Shown here: positions 39,385 through 47,707 of the stretch, piece by piece
How positions within the stretch are numbered: position 1 is the first letter of the stretch
Layout: every line of letters begins with the position of its first letter
Source: Vicinamibacterales bacterium
GTDB lineage: Bacteria > Acidobacteriota > Vicinamibacteria > Vicinamibacterales > UBA8438
NCBI GenBank assembly: GCA_965261285.1
Contig: OZ253457.1
Location: 2,089,396-2,153,395 of the forward strand
Length of the DNA: 64,000 nt
Reading direction: 5' to 3'
Made by a program: the position numbers and the translations under genes
Notes under the pieces: generated by a model
Seen by the model: the letters and a program-made list of their open reading frames with translations, nothing else
Database searches by the model: none
What the model was told of the DNA's origin: nothing

Positions 39385-40536
39385 ATGCGCCGGACCGGGC
39401 ACTATCTCTTCACGTCGGAGTCCGTCACCGAGGGCCATCCCGACAAGATCGCCGATCGGGTCTCGGACGGCATCGTCGACGCCGTCCTCGCGCAGGACCC
39501 GCAGGGCCGCGTTGCCTGCGAGACGCTGCTGACGACCGGGCTCGTGGTGATCGCGGGCGAGATCACCTGCAACGGCTCCACCGACTTCACCAACGTGGTG
39601 CGGGACGCGATCCGCGACGTGGGGTACACCCGCGCCAAGTTCGGGTTCGACGCCGACACCTGCGCGGTGCTGTCGGCCATCCACGGGCAGTCGCCGGACA
39701 TCGCGATGGGGGTGGACCCCGGCGGCGCCGGCGACCAGGGGCTGATGTTCGGCTACGCGTGCCGCGAGACCGAGTCGCTCATGCCGCTGCCGATATCGCT
39801 CGCCCACGACCTGTGCCGGGGCCTGTCGCGGGCCCGCCGCGACGGCGTCATCGACTACCTGCGCCCCGACGGCAAGTCGCAGGTGACGGTGGAGTACGAC
39901 GGCGACCGGCCGGTGCGGGTCGCCACCGTCGTGGTGTCCAGCCAGCACGGCGACCACGTGGGGAACGACCGCATCCGCGAGGACGTGCTGGCGCACGTCG
40001 TGAAGCCGACCGTCCCCGCGTCGCTGCTCGACGAGAAGACCTGCATCCTGGTCAATCCGACCGGCCGGTTCGTGACGGGCGGACCGCACGGCGACGCCGG
40101 CGTGACCGGGCGGAAGATCATCGTGGACACGTACGGCGGAGCCGCACCCCACGGCGGCGGCGCCTTCTCGGGCAAGGACCCCACCAAGGTCGACCGTTCC
40201 GCGAGCTACATGGCCCGATACGTCGCGAAGAACTGCGTCGCGGCCGGTCTCGCCGACCGCGTCCAGGTCCAGTTGGCCTACGCCATCGGCGTCGCCGACC
40301 CGGTGTCGGTGCTCGTCGACACCTTCGGCACCGCCAGGATCGACGAGCAGCGCATGAGCGGGCTCGTGCGGGAGCATTTCTCCCTGACTCCCAAGGGCAT
40401 CATCGAAACCCTCGATCTCCGCCGGCCCATCTACCGGCAGACGGCCGCCTTCGGCCACTTCGGCCGGTCGGAGCCCGAATTCACCTGGGAGCGGACCGAC
40501 AAGGCCGCCGCCCTTCGCAGCGCCGCCGGGCTGTAG
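39385..40536 (+). CDS. metK: S-adenosylmethionine synthetase
   Basis: [34 protein letters not shown], and [23 protein letters not shown] lies 9 nt upstream of the ATG. Confidence 0.95.
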   Translation: MRRTGHYLFTSESVTEGHPDKIADRVSDGIVDAVLAQDPQGRVACETLLTTGLVVIAGEITCNGSTDFTNVVRDAIRDVGYTRAKFGFDADTCAVLSAIHGQSPDIAMGVDPGGAGDQGLMFGYACRETESLMPLPISLAHDLCRGLSRARRDGVIDYLRPDGKSQVTVEYDGDRPVRVATVVVSSQHGDHVGNDRIREDVLAHVVKPTVPASLLDEKTCILVNPTGRFVTGGPHGDAGVTGRKIIVDTYGGAAPHGGGAFSGKDPTKVDRSASYMARYVAKNCVAAGLADRVQVQLAYAIGVADPVSVLVDTFGTARIDEQRMSGLVREHFSLTPKGIIETLDLRRPIYRQTAAFGHFGRSEPEFTWERTDKAAALRSAAGL

Positions 40537-40586
40537 GCGTCCCCATCGACGCCGGGCACGTTCGCGGTCAGGCAGGCCCCTCGGCC

Positions 40587-42914
40587 TCAGGTCCGCGCCG
40601 CGAGCAGCAGGTAGACGGCCGAGCCGCCGAAGAGGACGTTGGGGGCCCAGGCGGCGAGGGTGGGAGTCAGCATGCCGGCGCTCCCGATGGCCGCGAACAC
40701 GCTGACGAGGACCCAGTAGGAGAGCGCCAGCAGGATGCCGACGCCGACCCCCGACAGCGCCCCGTGCCGGCCGATGGTGACCGCGAACGGGACCGCGATG
40801 AGGGTCAGGATCAGCGTGACGAGCGGGAACGACAGCTTGCGCTGCAGCTCGACCCGGAGCGGCACCACGTCGTGGCCGCTGGCGGAGAGCTCGCCGATAT
40901 AGCGATCCAGCTCCCGGTAGTTCATCCGCTCGGCGTCGGGCGGGTCCGTCGCGAACGCGTCCGGCGGGGCGATCGGCAGCGCGAGCTGCGCAATCGCCTC
41001 GAACGCCCCCGGACTCCTCTCCTCGTCGAACTTCCGGACCCAGACGTCGCGGCCCTGCCATCCGTCTTCGTGGACCGCCAGCCCCGCGAACAGCCGCTCG
41101 GCGAGACGCCATTCGTCCTCGACGAATCGATAGGTCGTGAGGTCGTGCAGCATCACCTCGACCGGGTTGAAGCCCGCGTAGTTGTAGATGGCGCCGTCCT
41201 CGCCCATGAGCCACTGCCGCTGCAGGATGTCGACGTACTGCGGGGAGCCGCCGCGAATGACCCGGCGGAGCTCGGCGGCCCGGCGGTTGGCGTCGGCGAG
41301 GAAGCTCTCGCCCATGCCGAACAGGGCGCCGCTCCACAGCAGCGAGAAGAGGACGAGGGGCAGGGCGACCCGGTACAGGCTGATGCCGCACGCCTTCATC
41401 ACCGTGAGCTCGCTCGTCCTCGAGAGCAATCCGACCGTCACCAGCGTGGAAACGAGGGCGGAGATGGGCAGTACGTAGTAGACCCACTGCGGCGTGGCGT
41501 ACCAGAAGTACTCCAGGACCATGTCGAGCGTCGTATCGCCCCGGAACAGCCGGTCGGAGATTTCGAAGAAGGTAATGATGTAGAAGATGCCCAGCAGACC
41601 GACGAAGGCGAGGGCGACGAGACTCAGGTACTGCTTGGCGACGTAACGATCGAGCAGACCCGGGCCCCAGCCGAGGGCGAGGGCGCTCCCCAAGCTCACC
41701 CCGCGTCCCGCTTCCGCGTCGGGCGGCGGCACCGGAGGAACGGGCTCGGCGGTCGTCGGCGCGGGAGCACGCCCACGGAGGCGGGACAAGACGGGCAGGA
41801 TGCGATCCTCCCCGAAACGGGCGCGCCAGGCCAGCAGCAGCACACCCACGCCGCCCAGCACGATGTTGCAGATCCACATGGCCCAGTGCGGCGACACGAG
41901 GGCGCTCCTCGCCAGCCCCATGGCACCGATCATGAGGACGTAGTACGCGAAGATGACGCCGATGCCAAGCACGACGCTCGCGAGCTTGCCGTCCTTGCGG
42001 CTGGTGACCCCCAGCGGGAGGCTGATGAGGGCGAACACGAAGCACGCGACCGGGAAGGAGAACTTCCTGTGGATCGCCATGATCGGGTTGTGAGCCGGGA
42101 GTTCCCGCGACTCCAGCCACGCCGCGTCCGCCCGCAGCTCGGCAATGGTCTTCTCGTTCTCGCCGGGCGGCTGGACGATGTCGGGGAAGACGTCGTCGAA
42201 CTCTAGGCCCAGCACGATCTCTTCAAACCGGTTGACGTTGTAGGTTGAGGGCTCGGACCGGTCGACGTCGTGCGCGGCCCCCGAGGTCAGCACGATGTCG
42301 ACCTGCCGGTTCGCCGGGTCGAGCACGATGCGCCCCTCGTCGGCGATGTAGGTCTGCGGCGCGTCGCTGTCCCGCGTGTCTGCGAGGAAGACACCGGACC
42401 AGCCGGTGCCCAGGAGATCGACCTCGTCGACGTAGAGCGCCATGTTCGGCAGGCCCAGGTAAAAGACGCGCGCCTTCACGTCGTTCTCCGCCCCCGCCGC
42501 GATGGTCTGGAAGACGATGTCGCGAAACCGCTGGTTGGCCTCGGGCAACACCACGACGAGGGTGTAGCAGGTGGCGGCGGCGGCGACGACGGCCAGCGCG
42601 ACGACGGGGCGCAGCAGCCGGGTGATGCTGACGCCGCACGCCTGCATGACGACGATCTCCCGATCGCCCGACATCCGGCCCAGGCCCATCAGCAGGCCGA
42701 TCAGCACCGCCAGCGGAATCGTGATGGCGAGCCCCTGCGGCACCAGCAGCAGCAGGAGCTCCGCGATCGTCCAGCCGTCCACGCCCTTGGCGATCAACTC
42801 CTGGGCGTAATTCATGATCGGCGGAATCAGCAACAGGAAGGTGAAGACCAGCAGGCTCAGGAAGACCAGCGGCAGCGTCTCGCGCAGGATGTAGCGGTCG
42901 ATGATACGGAACAT
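40587..42914 (-). CDS. Fused LptF-LptG lipopolysaccharide export permease (two YjgP/YjgQ modules in one ORF)
   Basis: Module 1: MFRIIDRYILRETLPLVFLSLLVFTFLLL...MQACGVSITRLLRPV. Module 2: LLDRYVAKQYLSLVALAFVGLLGIFYI...MKACGISLYRVALPL. The frame is uninterrupted across both. Confidence 0.8.
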   Translation of the reverse strand: MFRIIDRYILRETLPLVFLSLLVFTFLLLIPPIMNYAQELIAKGVDGWTIAELLLLLVPQGLAITIPLAVLIGLLMGLGRMSGDREIVVMQACGVSITRLLRPVVALAVVAAAATCYTLVVVLPEANQRFRDIVFQTIAAGAENDVKARVFYLGLPNMALYVDEVDLLGTGWSGVFLADTRDSDAPQTYIADEGRIVLDPANRQVDIVLTSGAAHDVDRSEPSTYNVNRFEEIVLGLEFDDVFPDIVQPPGENEKTIAELRADAAWLESRELPAHNPIMAIHRKFSFPVACFVFALISLPLGVTSRKDGKLASVVLGIGVIFAYYVLMIGAMGLARSALVSPHWAMWICNIVLGGVGVLLLAWRARFGEDRILPVLSRLRGRAPAPTTAEPVPPVPPPDAEAGRGVSLGSALALGWGPGLLDRYVAKQYLSLVALAFVGLLGIFYIITFFEISDRLFRGDTTLDMVLEYFWYATPQWVYYVLPISALVSTLVTVGLLSRTSELTVMKACGISLYRVALPLVLFSLLWSGALFGMGESFLADANRRAAELRRVIRGGSPQYVDILQRQWLMGEDGAIYNYAGFNPVEVMLHDLTTYRFVEDEWRLAERLFAGLAVHEDGWQGRDVWVRKFDEERSPGAFEAIAQLALPIAPPDAFATDPPDAERMNYRELDRYIGELSASGHDVVPLRVELQRKLSFPLVTLILTLIAVPFAVTIGRHGALSGVGVGILLALSYWVLVSVFAAIGSAGMLTPTLAAWAPNVLFGGSAVYLLLAART

Positions 42915-43089
42915 CACGTTCGATTGTACCAAGTCGCCCGTCCGCCGCGGCGGGGCAGTCTCCGCTCCGCGACCGAAGAGCCCCCTCGACTACACGCTCA
43001 GGGGTTCAACTCGCTGAAGACCCGAGGTTCCGGCGGCGATGTCGGCCGGCCGACGGTCGCGTCACCCGTGTCCCTCGGCCGGTGACCTC

Positions 43090-43650
43090 AGGCAACGTCA
43101 AGCCGAACCGCAGCACCATCCGCTGAACCCCGCAACTCCGGCCGCCACCACCGACCCGGCAGAACGCAGAAACCGGGGCACCGTCCCACGACCCAGCAGA
43201 ACGCGGAAACCGAGGGCACCGTCCCCCGAGCCCCGCGTCACCGTCGTCCGAGCCCCTCGCAGCGCCGAGCCGAACCGCCGCACCCGGCAGCGTCCCCCGA
43301 GCCCCGCGAAACGCCAAGCCGAACCGCAGCACCACCGCCAAGCCCCAGCAACTCCGGCCACCAATCACGACCCACCGTCACGTCAAACCACGTCACCGTC
43401 GTCCGAGCCCTCGCAGCGCCGAGCTGAGCCGCCGCACCCGGCAGCGTCCCCCGAGCCCCGCGAAACGCCAAGCCGAACCGCAGCACCACCGCCAAGCCCC
43501 AGCAACTCCGGCCACCAACCACGACCCACCGTCACGCCGAGCTGAACCGCCGCACCCGGCAGCGTCCCCCGGGCCCCGCGAAAACGCCAAGCCGAACCGC
43601 AGCACCACCGCCAAGCCCCAGCAACTCCGGCCACCAACCGACCCAGCCAA
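43090..43650 (+). repeat. C-rich/G,T-poor tandem array (~3.5 units of ~118-154 bp)
   Basis: GCCGAGC(C/T)GAACCGCCGCACCCGGCAGCGTCCCCCGAGCCCCGCGAAACGCCAAGCCGAACCGCAGCACCACCGCCAAGCCCCAGCAACTCCGGCCACCAA... starts at 43264, 43418 and 43536. A degenerate copy lies at 43090-43260. Confidence 0.85.
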
Positions 43651-43651
43651 C

Positions 43652-43687
43652 CCCTTGATCGGACCCACGAAGTGGGTCCGATAAGGG
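43652..43687. terminator. Long hairpin downstream of parB (possible terminator)
   Basis: CCCTTGATCGGACCCAC-GAA-GTGGGTCCGATAAGGG, 16 bp with one bulge, followed on the + strand by AT-rich ATGTTATGTTAACTTT. It lies 125 nt beyond the parB stop. Confidence 0.4.
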
Positions 43688-43812
43688 ATGTTATGTTAAC
43701 TTTGGTGTCCTGAAACGCCCTCAGAGCGCGTGCAAACCGCCGGCGAGGGGCCGATCAGTGCTGGGCCGCCGGTTAGGTCACTTCCGAACGATCCGGCGCG
43801 ACCGCCGGCCGG

Positions 43813-44646
43813 TCACTCGGCGCGCTTCAGCTCCTCGATGATCTCGGTGAGGGCCGAGATGATCTCCTCGCGCTCGACGTCGGACTTCCGGAACCTGAGG
43901 TTGAGGTTGAAGCTCTTGGCGGGCGGGACGTACTTGAACACGAAGGCCTTGGGGCGCCCCGGCTTCTGCTTGTCGCTCTGCCTCGCCGCCACCGCTCGCG
44001 CCTGCTCGCGTGTCGCCTGGCCACCCCGCGTGAGCTGCTCCAGGAAGGCCACCATCTTCTTGGCGTCGCCCTGCCTGACGACTTGCAGGAGCAGCGACTT
44101 GGAGGTGATGTCGGCCAGCCGACACAGCTCCCGGACCTCGTCCGGCATGGCCTGGAGGGCGAGGGACTCGGTGACCGAGGTGCGCGACTTCCCGATCTTC
44201 CTGGCGATCTCCTCGTGCTTGTAGCCGTGCCCGAGGACAAGGGACTGCAGCGCCTCCGCCTCTTCGAAGGGGCTGATGTCCTTGCGCTGGAGGTTCTCGA
44301 TGAGGGCGAGCTCGATCATCTCGTCGTCCGCGACGTCGCGGATGACGGCCGGCACCTCGGCGAGCTGAAGCCGGACCGCGGCCTGGTAGCGCCGCTCGCC
44401 GGCCACGATCTGGAACCGGCCCCGCCGCTGCCGCACGATCAGGGGCTCGAGGATGCCCTTCTCCGAGATGGACGCCATGAGCTCGGACAGGTCGCCCATG
44501 ACCTGCCGCGGCTGGTCGGGATTGGGGTCGACCTGGTCGATGGGGACCATGCGGCCGAGGGGAGCGCCGGCCGAGGCGGCCAGGGCCTCCACGTAGTGCT
44601 CATCGTGGCGCATCTTGACCGCGCTCGGGAGTCCTCTTCTAGGCAC
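43813..44646 (-). CDS. parB: Chromosome partitioning protein ParB
   Basis: The GTG start overlaps the parA stop. Motifs: PIDQVDPNPDQPRQ, GILEPLIVRQ..., FQIVAGERRYQAA (ParB box), ALIENLQRKDISPFEEA, and an HTH (EIARKIGKSRTSVTESL). Confidence 0.85.
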   Translation of the reverse strand: MPRRGLPSAVKMRHDEHYVEALAASAGAPLGRMVPIDQVDPNPDQPRQVMGDLSELMASISEKGILEPLIVRQRRGRFQIVAGERRYQAAVRLQLAEVPAVIRDVADDEMIELALIENLQRKDISPFEEAEALQSLVLGHGYKHEEIARKIGKSRTSVTESLALQAMPDEVRELCRLADITSKSLLLQVVRQGDAKKMVAFLEQLTRGGQATREQARAVAARQSDKQKPGRPKAFVFKYVPPAKSFNLNLRFRKSDVEREEIISALTEIIEELKRAE

Positions 44647-45396
44647 GATCAATGACCTCCTCGCACAGGCGGTAGTAGTCCGACGCGCCCTTGGAGTCCG
44701 GGGCGAAGGAGAAGATCGATTCGCGGTACGCGGGGCTCTCCTCCAGGCGCACGTTCTTCGAGATGACCGTCTTGAACACCTTGGCGCCGAAGACCTTGTT
44801 GATCTGGGTGCGGATGTCCGGCCGAGAGACGTGCGCCGGTCGTGCATGGTGATGAGCACGCCGATCATCTCCAGGCTCGGGTTGGCCCTCGTTCTGACCT
44901 TCTCGATGGTTTCCAGGAGGTCGTCCGTGCCCTCGAGCGCGAAGTACGACGACTGAATCGGAATCAGCAGGTGCGTCGCGGCCACCAGGGCGTTCACGGT
45001 GAGGAGGCCGAGGGTCGGCGGGCAGTCGATGACGACGTAGCGGTAGGTGTCGCCGAGAGGCGCCAGCAGGTCCTTCAGCTTGAAGTGGGCGTCGAGCTCG
45101 CCCACCATGCGCGCCTCGAGCTTGGCCAGCGAGATCTGCGCCGGCGCGACCGACAGGCTCTCCTGCTGCTCGGCCGGCAGCACGATGTCCGCGAGCGAGC
45201 AGTCGCGGTCGGCGAAAGCGTCGTAGACGGAACGCGTGATGGTGGTGCGGTCGATGAACGACAGGGTGCTGTTGCTCTGCGGGTCGAGATCGATCAGCAG
45301 GGTCCGCCCCTCGCGGAGCGACAGCGCGGCGGCGAGGTTGATCGCGGTGGTGGTCTTGCCGACGCCGCCCTTCTGATTGGCGATCGCGACGATCAT
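44639..45396 (-). CDS. parA: Chromosome partitioning ATPase ParA/Soj, interrupted by a 1-nt frameshift near 44818-44821
   Basis: The N-terminus MIVAIANQKGGVGKTTTAINLAAAL...VLITMHDRRTSLGR is in one frame. The C-terminus DIRTQINKVFGAKVFKTVISKNVRLEESPAYRESIFSFAP is in another (ORF 44639..46123). Confidence 0.85.
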
Positions 45397-45501
45397 GTCG
45401 AGCGGCTGCTGGCAGGAAACGCGCCGAGGACCTGGTCGGACGCCCGATCCGACTGCGGCCCCATTTTAGGAACGCTCGCGACGACGTGTCAATGGGCCCC
45501 G

Positions 45502-45987
45502 TCACATCTTGTACTTCCCCAGCTCTTCCGGATCGAGGGCCTCGAGCCACTTCTGCAGGCGCTCCGAGTCGGCCTTGTCGGGCGTGATGTTCAGCGATTT
45601 CGCGCGGTCGATGACGGTGTCCTCGGCGAAGATCGGGGCCCGCACGCGGAGGGCCAGCGCGATGGCGTCGCTGGGGCGGGCGTCGATGGCCACCGGCTCG
45701 CCCTGCGCCACCAGGTGGATCACGGCATAGAAGGTGTTGTCCTTCAGGTCGGTGACGACGACCTTGCGGACGTCCGCCTTGAGATCGTGAATGACGTTGC
45801 GCAGCAAGTCGTGCGTCATCGGCCGCGGGGTCGACACGTTCTCGATCTGCAGGGCGATGGCGTTGGCCTCGAACACGCCCATCCAGATGGGCAGGACGCG
45901 CTGCCCCTCGGCGTCGTGCAGGATCACGATCGGCATGTTGGTGATGGGATCCACCATCAACCCCTTGATGGACATCTCGACCTGCAT
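45502..45987 (-). CDS. Bifunctional nuclease (BFN/DUF151) family protein
   Basis: MVDPITNMPIVILHDAEGQRVLPIWMGVFEANAIAL...RPMTHDLL...ARPSDAIALALRVRAPIF is the typical DUF151 pattern. Confidence 0.8.
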   Translation of the reverse strand: MQVEMSIKGLMVDPITNMPIVILHDAEGQRVLPIWMGVFEANAIALQIENVSTPRPMTHDLLRNVIHDLKADVRKVVVTDLKDNTFYAVIHLVAQGEPVAIDARPSDAIALALRVRAPIFAEDTVIDRAKSLNITPDKADSERLQKWLEALDPEELGKYKM

Positions 45988-46070
45988 CGATACCTCCGCT
46001 GCTCACCGGAGTCCGACGGCGGGGCGCCCGCCGGGTGGTCGGGCGGCGCCCGGACGCCGCCGCGCGACCG

Positions 46071-46182
46071 CGCGACCTTCGGTCGCGTTGGGAGTTTCGC
46101 TGAAGCGAAACTCCTGCGGCCATCGGCCGGCTGCGCGACCTCGGGTCGCGTTGGGAGCTTCGCTGAAGCGAAATTCCTGCGG
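46071..46182. repeat. 2 x ~62-bp tandem unit, each with two hairpins, downstream of miaB
   Basis: GCGACC-TTC-GGTCGC plus GGAGTTTCGC-TGAA-GCGAAACTCC (46073-46114), repeated with substitutions at 46133-46182. Confidence 0.75.
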
Positions 46183-46198
46183 CGAACGGACTACCGCC

Positions 46199-47602
46199 CT
46201 ATCCTGCCGCCCCGCCGAGCTCCTCGGCCACGACCCGGCCGGCCGGCGGCGACGGGTGCGGCGCAGGAGAATCGGCGAGCTCGCCCCGGAGGCTGAACGG
46301 TCCGCTGTCCGTGATGCGCACGCTGACGAGCCGGCCCAGCAGGTCGCCGGCCGCCGCGTCACCGGAACCCGCGCGGAAGTTGACCACGGTGTTCCCGCTG
46401 GTGCGGCCGGCCAGCTCGGTGGCGCGCCGGCGGCTCGTCGAGTCGACCAGGACCTCGACCACGGCGCCGACGCGCGTCCGGTGAATCTCGGACTGTATCC
46501 CCTTCTGCAGCTCCTGCAGCCCGACGATTCGCCGCGTCTTCTCGGCCGCCGGCACGTCGTCGGCGAGCCGCTTGGAGGCCAGCGTGTTGGGCCGCTCCGA
46601 GTACTTGAAGGAGAACATGCTGTGATACCGCACGCGGCGGGTCAGGCTGAGCGTGTCCTCGAAGTCGCGGTCGGTCTCTCCCGGAAAGCCGACGATGACG
46701 TCGGTCGACAGGGCGATGTCGGGCATCGCCGCCCTTAACCGATCGACGAGCTGCAGGTAGTCGTCCCGCGTGTGGCGGCGGCGCATCCGCGCCAGCACCG
46801 CGGTCGAGCCCGATTGTACGGGCAGGTGCAGATGCCGGCACACCTTCGGGAGCGACCGCATGGCCTCGATCATCCGGTCGGTGACGTGACGCGGGTGCGG
46901 GCTCGCGAACCGGATGCGCTCGATGCCCGGGACGTCGTCGACCAGCGCCAGCAGCTCGGCGAAGTCGCAGCGGGGGCGGTCGGGCGCCGAGTAGTGATTC
47001 ACGATCTGGCCGAGGAGGTGGACCTCGCGATGGCCGTCGTCGGCGGCGAGCCGCACCTCGTCGAGGATCTCCGCGGCCGGCCGCATCCGCTCGTGGCCCC
47101 GCGTGTACGGCACGACGCAGAACGCGCAGAAGTCGTTGCAGCCCTCGATGATCGTGACCGCCGCCGTCACCGGGCTCGAGCGCCGGGCCACCCCCAACGG
47201 GAACGAGACGTTGTCGTAGGGATTGACGTCGACGCGCTCGGGCCGATGGCCGGTCAGGCCGTCCACCATGGCCGGCAGCCGGCTCAGCGCCTGCGTGCCC
47301 ACAACGAGGTCGACGCGTTGGCCGCGCTCGAGCAGGGCGCGCCCCTCCTGTTGCGCGACGCAGCCGGTGACCGCGACGACCGGGCGCCTGCCGCCGCGGC
47401 CGCCGGGCACCATGCCCAGCTCCGTGTAGAGCCGCTCCTCGGCCCGCTCGCGGACGCTGCACGTATTGATGACCACGAGATCCGCGTCGCCGACGGCCTC
47501 GGCCGCTTCGTACCCCGCCTGGTCGAGCAGGCCGGCGAGCCGCTCCGAGTCGTGGACGTTCATCTGGCAGCCGAACGTCTCGATGAAATACTTCCTCGCC
47601 AC
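46199..47602 (-). CDS. miaB: tRNA-2-methylthio-N6-dimethylallyladenosine synthase
   Basis: MARKYFIETFGCQMNVHDSE, the radical-SAM motif CNDFCAFCVVP, and a TRAM domain at the C-terminus. Confidence 0.9.
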   Translation of the reverse strand: MARKYFIETFGCQMNVHDSERLAGLLDQAGYEAAEAVGDADLVVINTCSVRERAEERLYTELGMVPGGRGGRRPVVAVTGCVAQQEGRALLERGQRVDLVVGTQALSRLPAMVDGLTGHRPERVDVNPYDNVSFPLGVARRSSPVTAAVTIIEGCNDFCAFCVVPYTRGHERMRPAAEILDEVRLAADDGHREVHLLGQIVNHYSAPDRPRCDFAELLALVDDVPGIERIRFASPHPRHVTDRMIEAMRSLPKVCRHLHLPVQSGSTAVLARMRRRHTRDDYLQLVDRLRAAMPDIALSTDVIVGFPGETDRDFEDTLSLTRRVRYHSMFSFKYSERPNTLASKRLADDVPAAEKTRRIVGLQELQKGIQSEIHRTRVGAVVEVLVDSTSRRRATELAGRTSGNTVVNFRAGSGDAAAGDLLGRLVSVRITDSGPFSLRGELADSPAPHPSPPAGRVVAEELGGAAG

Positions 47603-47665
47603 GGTTGCCTTCCTGGTCCGCCCGTCGTCGCCGGCGGAACCGGCGGGCGGCCCGCCCGACCCGCC

Positions 47666-47695
47666 GGAGTCCGCGGTGTTCTTCGGCGCAGACCC
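47666..47695. repeat. REP-like palindromic element copy (degenerate)
   Basis: GGAGTCCGCGGTG-TTCTT-CGGCGCAGACCCC in the recN-miaB spacer. Confidence 0.45.
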
Positions 47696-47707
47696 CGCCC
47701 GGCGCGC

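Noticed and set aside
43090-43650. The C-rich repeat region as a CRISPR array.
   Set aside because: Whole 118-154-bp units repeat, including the would-be spacers. There are no short conserved repeats alternating with unique spacers.
43813-45396. A 527-aa ORF that looks like a natural ParA-ParB fusion protein.
   Set aside because: The ~70 residues linking the two halves are out-of-frame ParA sequence (SAPRSTRSSAPRCSRRSSRR...). The genuine ParA C-terminus is intact in the adjacent frame. A 1-nt indel explains it better than a fusion.
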